Both the position numbers and the translations under genes were made by a program. The notes beneath the pieces are model-generated. The model was not told where the DNA came from and did not search any database. It saw only the letters and a program-made list of their open reading frames with translations. From Octopus sinensis (Eukaryota), in the NCBI RefSeq assembly GCF_006345805.1, contig NC_042997.1, forward strand, positions 53,196,001 to 53,260,000: a DNA stretch of 64,000 bases, written 5' to 3'. Below, one piece after another: positions 60,301 through 64,000 of this stretch; within the stretch, counting starts at the first letter, position 1; the number at the start of each line of letters is the position of its first letter.

Positions 60301-60899
60301 AGTTATTTGTTATATGTTTGAGACCATAGTTGGGGGGGGGGGGGTTGAAATTTTCCAAAAGGAATCCATGACTTCTCAATTCTATCTACAATTTTGTAAC
60401 CAAGAATTGCATCCCTGTTCAATGAAGGTTTTTCAAACTTTTTACCATATACTATTATTTAAGAATCCACACCAGGCTTTCTATGACAAGGATGATAGGA
60501 AGAAACAACAGTTTTATAAAGAAATATTGTCAGGCCAAATATTTAACATGTGAATAAATCTTACCTTTGAGTGTTTGGAGATCTTTTACTCTTTGTGTCA
60601 CAATGTCTCACACACACACACACGTATGTGTATATGTGCATATGTGTATATACATAAATATGTGTGCATATTTGTATGTATGTATGTATGTATGTATGTA
60701 TGTGTGTGTGTGTGTATGTGTGTGTATTGGTAATTGTTGGTATGTGTTAAGAAGAACACCAATCTGTAAAAAACTTAATCCGAATTGTACAGCATATGCT
60801 TTCATATGCTGGCACAGTTACAAAAGTGACTGCTGTAGGTGAACTGATTGCTTTAACACATGCAAATACTTCATTAACATATGTGAAATGAAACGATAA

Positions 60900-60905
60900 C
60901 AATGA

Positions 60906-60939
<34 letters not shown>

Positions 60940-61030
60940 GGTGGTGGTGGTGTGGTGGTGGTGATGATGATGATAACAACAATAGTGATGGAAGCTGTGG
61001 TAGTGGTGGTGGCATGGTGATGACAACAAT
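60900..61030. repeat. (GAT)n/(GGT)n trinucleotide repeat; (TG/TA) repeat at 60612-60726
   Basis: Directly visible. Confidence 0.9.
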
Positions 61031-61089
61031 GTTGGAAGTAACAACAGTTATTTTTATATCAATTCATCTTATTGAAATATTATTTTCAA

Positions 61090-61283
61090 ATTTTGGCATA
61101 AGACAGCAATTTCTGGGGAGCAGGTAAGTCAGTTATATCCATCCCAGTGCTCAACAGGTACTTATTCTATTGATTCTAGAAAGATGAAAGGCAAAGTTGA
61201 TCTTGGTGGAATTTGAAGTCAGAATGTAAAGGCAGGCAAAATGCTGTTATACATTTTGCCTGGTGTGCTAATGATTCTGCCTA
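61090..61283 (-). mobile_element. SINE family B (alternative tail)
   Basis: gatgaaaggcaaagttgatcttggtggaatttgaagtcagaatg. Confidence 0.75.
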
Positions 61284-61287
61284 ACCA

Positions 61288-62045
61288 CCATCATCATCAT
61301 CGTTTAACGTCCATTTTCCGCGCTAGCACGGGTTGGACGGTTCGACCAGGGTCTGGGAAGCCAGGGTCTGGGAAGCCAGGGGCTGCACCAGGCTCCAGTC
61401 TGATCTGGCAGTGTTTCTACAGCTGGATGCCCTTCCTAATGCCAACCACTCCGCGAGTGTAGTGGGTGCTTTTTACGTGCCACCTGCACAGGTGCCAGGG
61501 GAGTCTGGCATCGGCCACGATCGGTTGGTGCTTTTGACGTGCCACCGGCACGGAAGCCAGCCAAGGCGGCGCTTGCATCGGCCACGTTCGGATGGTGCTT
61601 TTTATGTGCAACCGGCACAGAAGCCAGTCGAGGCGGCGCTGGCATCGGCCACGTTCAGATGGTGCTTTTTATGTGCCACCGGCACAGAAGCAAGTCGAGG
61701 CGGTGCTGGCAACGGCCACGTTCGGATGGTGCTTTTTATGTGCCACTGGCACCGGTATCACAACTACTATTGCCATTGATATTTATTTCAATGTTCATGT
61801 ACTTGACTCAACAGGTCTCCTCAAGCACAGCGGGACGTTCTGGAATCCAAGGTACTTTGAATGGGCAGGGGCTATGCGAAACTGGTGCAGGAAGCAGCCC
61901 GGGTTTTTGCAGTCACAGCATATCTCCAGAGATCTCGGTCCTTCGCCATTGCCTAAGTGAGGCCCAATGCTCTGAGGTCATGCTTGACTACCTCATCCCA
62001 TGTCTTCCTGGGTCTACCTCTCCCCCTGATACCTCCAACTGTTTG
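61288..62045 (-). mobile_element. 5'-truncated RTE: ORF C-terminus, 3' UTR with five ~67-bp units, (GAT)n tail
   Basis: TVGGIRGRGRPRKTWDEVVKHDLRALGLT*AMAKDRDLWRYAV; unit cores at 61465, 61527, 61594, 61661 and 61728. Confidence 0.9.
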
Positions 62046-62267
62046 AAATATCATATCTTTCTGAAATATTATAAATGAAAAGGAATTACAAAAATACAGA
62101 AAAATCATTCACTATTGAAAATTAATTATGATTACTGATATCTGTAGAAAACATTGCAACTGTTGTTGGGCAGCTGTAGTCAGTTCTCTTTGAAACAATC
62201 TCTAGCAATGGTGAGGAACCACTCACGCATGTAGCTTTTTCACTATTCATATTTGGAACCATTTCTT

Positions 62268-62678
62268 TTCTTTACTTGTTTCAGTCATTTAACTGTAGCC
62301 ATGCTGAAGCACTGCCTTTAGTTGAGCAAATCGACCCCAGGACTTATTCTTTGTAAACCTAGTACTTATTCTGTCGGTCTCTTTTGCTGAACCACTAAGT
62401 TACAGGGACGTAAACACATCAGTATCGGTTGTCAAGCGATGTTGGGGAGGACAAACACAGACACACAAACACATACACACACATACATACATATATATTT
62501 ATATATGCATATATATAATGGGCTTCATTCAGTTTCCATCTACCAAATCCACTCACAAGGCTTTGGTCGGACCGAGGCTATAGTAGAAGACGCTTGCCCA
62601 AGGTGCCACGCAGTGGGACTGAACTCGGAACCATGTGGTTGGTAAGCAAGCTACTTACCACACAGCCACTCCTACACC
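62268..62678 (-). mobile_element. SINE family A, full length; a head fragment follows at 62776-62925 (+)
   Basis: Complete head, body and tail. Confidence 0.9.
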
Positions 62679-63271
62679 TATATACACCTTGTGAACAAAG
62701 TCTCCAAATAATTCATGAAAAAAGAACTTTAAGCTTAAAGACCCAAACAATAATTTAATATATGTTGCATACAAGCATGGCTGTGTGGTTAAGAAGCTTT
62801 CTTTGCAACCATATATTTTCAGGTTCAGATCCACTGAAAGTCACCTAGGGTGAATGTCTTCTTATATTATTCTGGGTTGACTAATGCCTTGTGAGTGAAT
62901 ATAGTTTATAGAAACTGTATGGAGGTGCATTGTGTGTGTATACAATATAAAGATAGCTGACTGAATCATGTATTAGATATGCATTTTAGAAGCAGCCACC
63001 ATTCAGGTTTGTATTATGAGTGTACTGCTTCATTATATAGAATTAGATTTTAGCTCCATTTAAACATCCATCCATCTGATCATTAATGTGTTCACCTCAC
63101 CCACATATATAATTATCTGTATATTAATGCGATAAAGTATTCCCTGATGATCCATTGTGGATGGGCATCTAAATGCAATTGGGACATGTACTGCAGGGCT
63201 CCAAACAACCATATTGGTGAAGCATGCATAGGAACTGTACTATAAACTTGTATTTAATCTTATTTCTCCTC

Positions 63272-63317
<46 letters not shown>

Positions 63318-63320
<3 letters not shown>

Positions 63321-64000
63321 GGTGTAGTGAATAAACTGTCGTCTAAATTATGTAAAAATGAAAATAACACTGACATCTCATTTTAACAGATATATTTAGC
63401 AAAATTATATTAAAATATCTTGAAATACTAAAGAGTAAAACTATTCAATAAAATCGTCATTGGCTTCAACCACGGCCTCCAAATAACTTTGGAATCTCCT
63501 GCAACTCTTCTGGATGGTCTCCTTGTTTAAAGTGGTGAATGCTGCCATAATCCTTGCCTTTAGTTCGTCTTTGGTGTTACAAGGAGTTTTGTTGGTCTCT
63601 GGCTCAACCACACCCTGCACATGATAATCAAGTGGGGTTGCAGTCTGGGAAGTTAGGTGGCCAGGTGTTAGGGGTGATGTGGTCTCAGAAATTGTCTGAC
63701 AGCTATGACTGGGTTCTCCTGTTTGTGTGTTAAGGCACAGAGTCCTGTTGCCAGACATAGGGTCTTCCAGTAGTCACCCTCTTGACCCAGGGCAGCATTA
63801 TCTCCTCCAGGCATTTGATATAGGTCAGTGTCTTGAGTCTGAGGCTGTGTGAGTAGATGAATTGAGGCATAACACCACCATCACTAGTGACCACTCCAAA
63901 CACCATGATGTTGACTGGATGTTTGATTTTTATCACTCGTGGTACCTGTCCTCAGATTGACATTCAAACACTCTGAAATATTCGTATTGGAGCTTCTGGC
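63318..64000 (-). mobile_element. maT (DD37D) transposon 3' half with TIR, continuing past the window end
   Basis: IMVFGVVTSDGGVM, GRPYVWQQDSVP...WPPNFPDCNP(L)DY; TIR TA-CAGGGTGTAGTGAATAAACTGTC at 63316. Confidence 0.9.

Noticed and set aside
21655-60842. ORFs such as MYVCMYVC, IHTYIHTY, CVCVCV, RERERE and poly-His (21.7, 22.8-23.2, 32.9-33.3, 46.1-46.8, 52.1-52.5, 53.8-54.4, 60.6-61.0 kb)
   Set aside because: They are translations of stop-free microsatellites.
61465-61752. CRISPR-like array (palindromic core with intervening sequence)
   Set aside because: The 'spacers' are near-identical to each other, there are no cas genes, the context is eukaryotic, and the array lies inside an RTE 3' UTR.
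63141-63185. Hammerhead candidate TCCC-CTGATGA-TCCA/TGGA-...-GCAT/ATGC-...-GGGA
   Set aside because: Three stems can be drawn, but the essential GAAA and NUH cleavage triplet are absent.

Overview
AT-rich, microsatellite- and transposon-dense animal genomic DNA. The repeat families and composition suggest a coleoid cephalopod, probably Octopus (inference, not verified). One host gene is visible: HSP90B1 (endoplasmin/GRP94) on the minus strand. I reconstructed 13 coding exons by hand from the ATG at 18927 down to 65. All introns are GT-AG, the frame stays open across every junction (1893 nt, 631 codons), and the 3' end lies outside the window. Its promoter has three ERSE-like CCAAT-N9-ACA(C/A)G elements. 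From about 19.5 kb to 64 kb I recognise no host exons, only SINEs, LINE fragments (RTE, CR1/L2, I-superfamily, Penelope-like), Tc1/mariner, maT (DD37D), pogo, hAT and piggyBac-type remnants or MITEs, and simple repeats. The most interesting leads are: (i) inverted RTE copies bracketing exons 5-10, an in-frame 891-nt block that could circularise or be A-to-I edited, with a Thr codon that editing would restore to the conserved Ala; (ii) an inverted pair of degenerate minimal-hammerhead motifs in intron 5; (iii) a variant ERSE triplet; (iv) an ORF1-only retroelement sharing its 3' tail with a SINE family; (v) a variable-number 67-bp hairpin array in the RTE 3' UTR; (vi) several template-switch fold-back insertions. 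All are hypotheses. No searches or folding computations were run, and most repeat boundaries are approximate (tens of bp).
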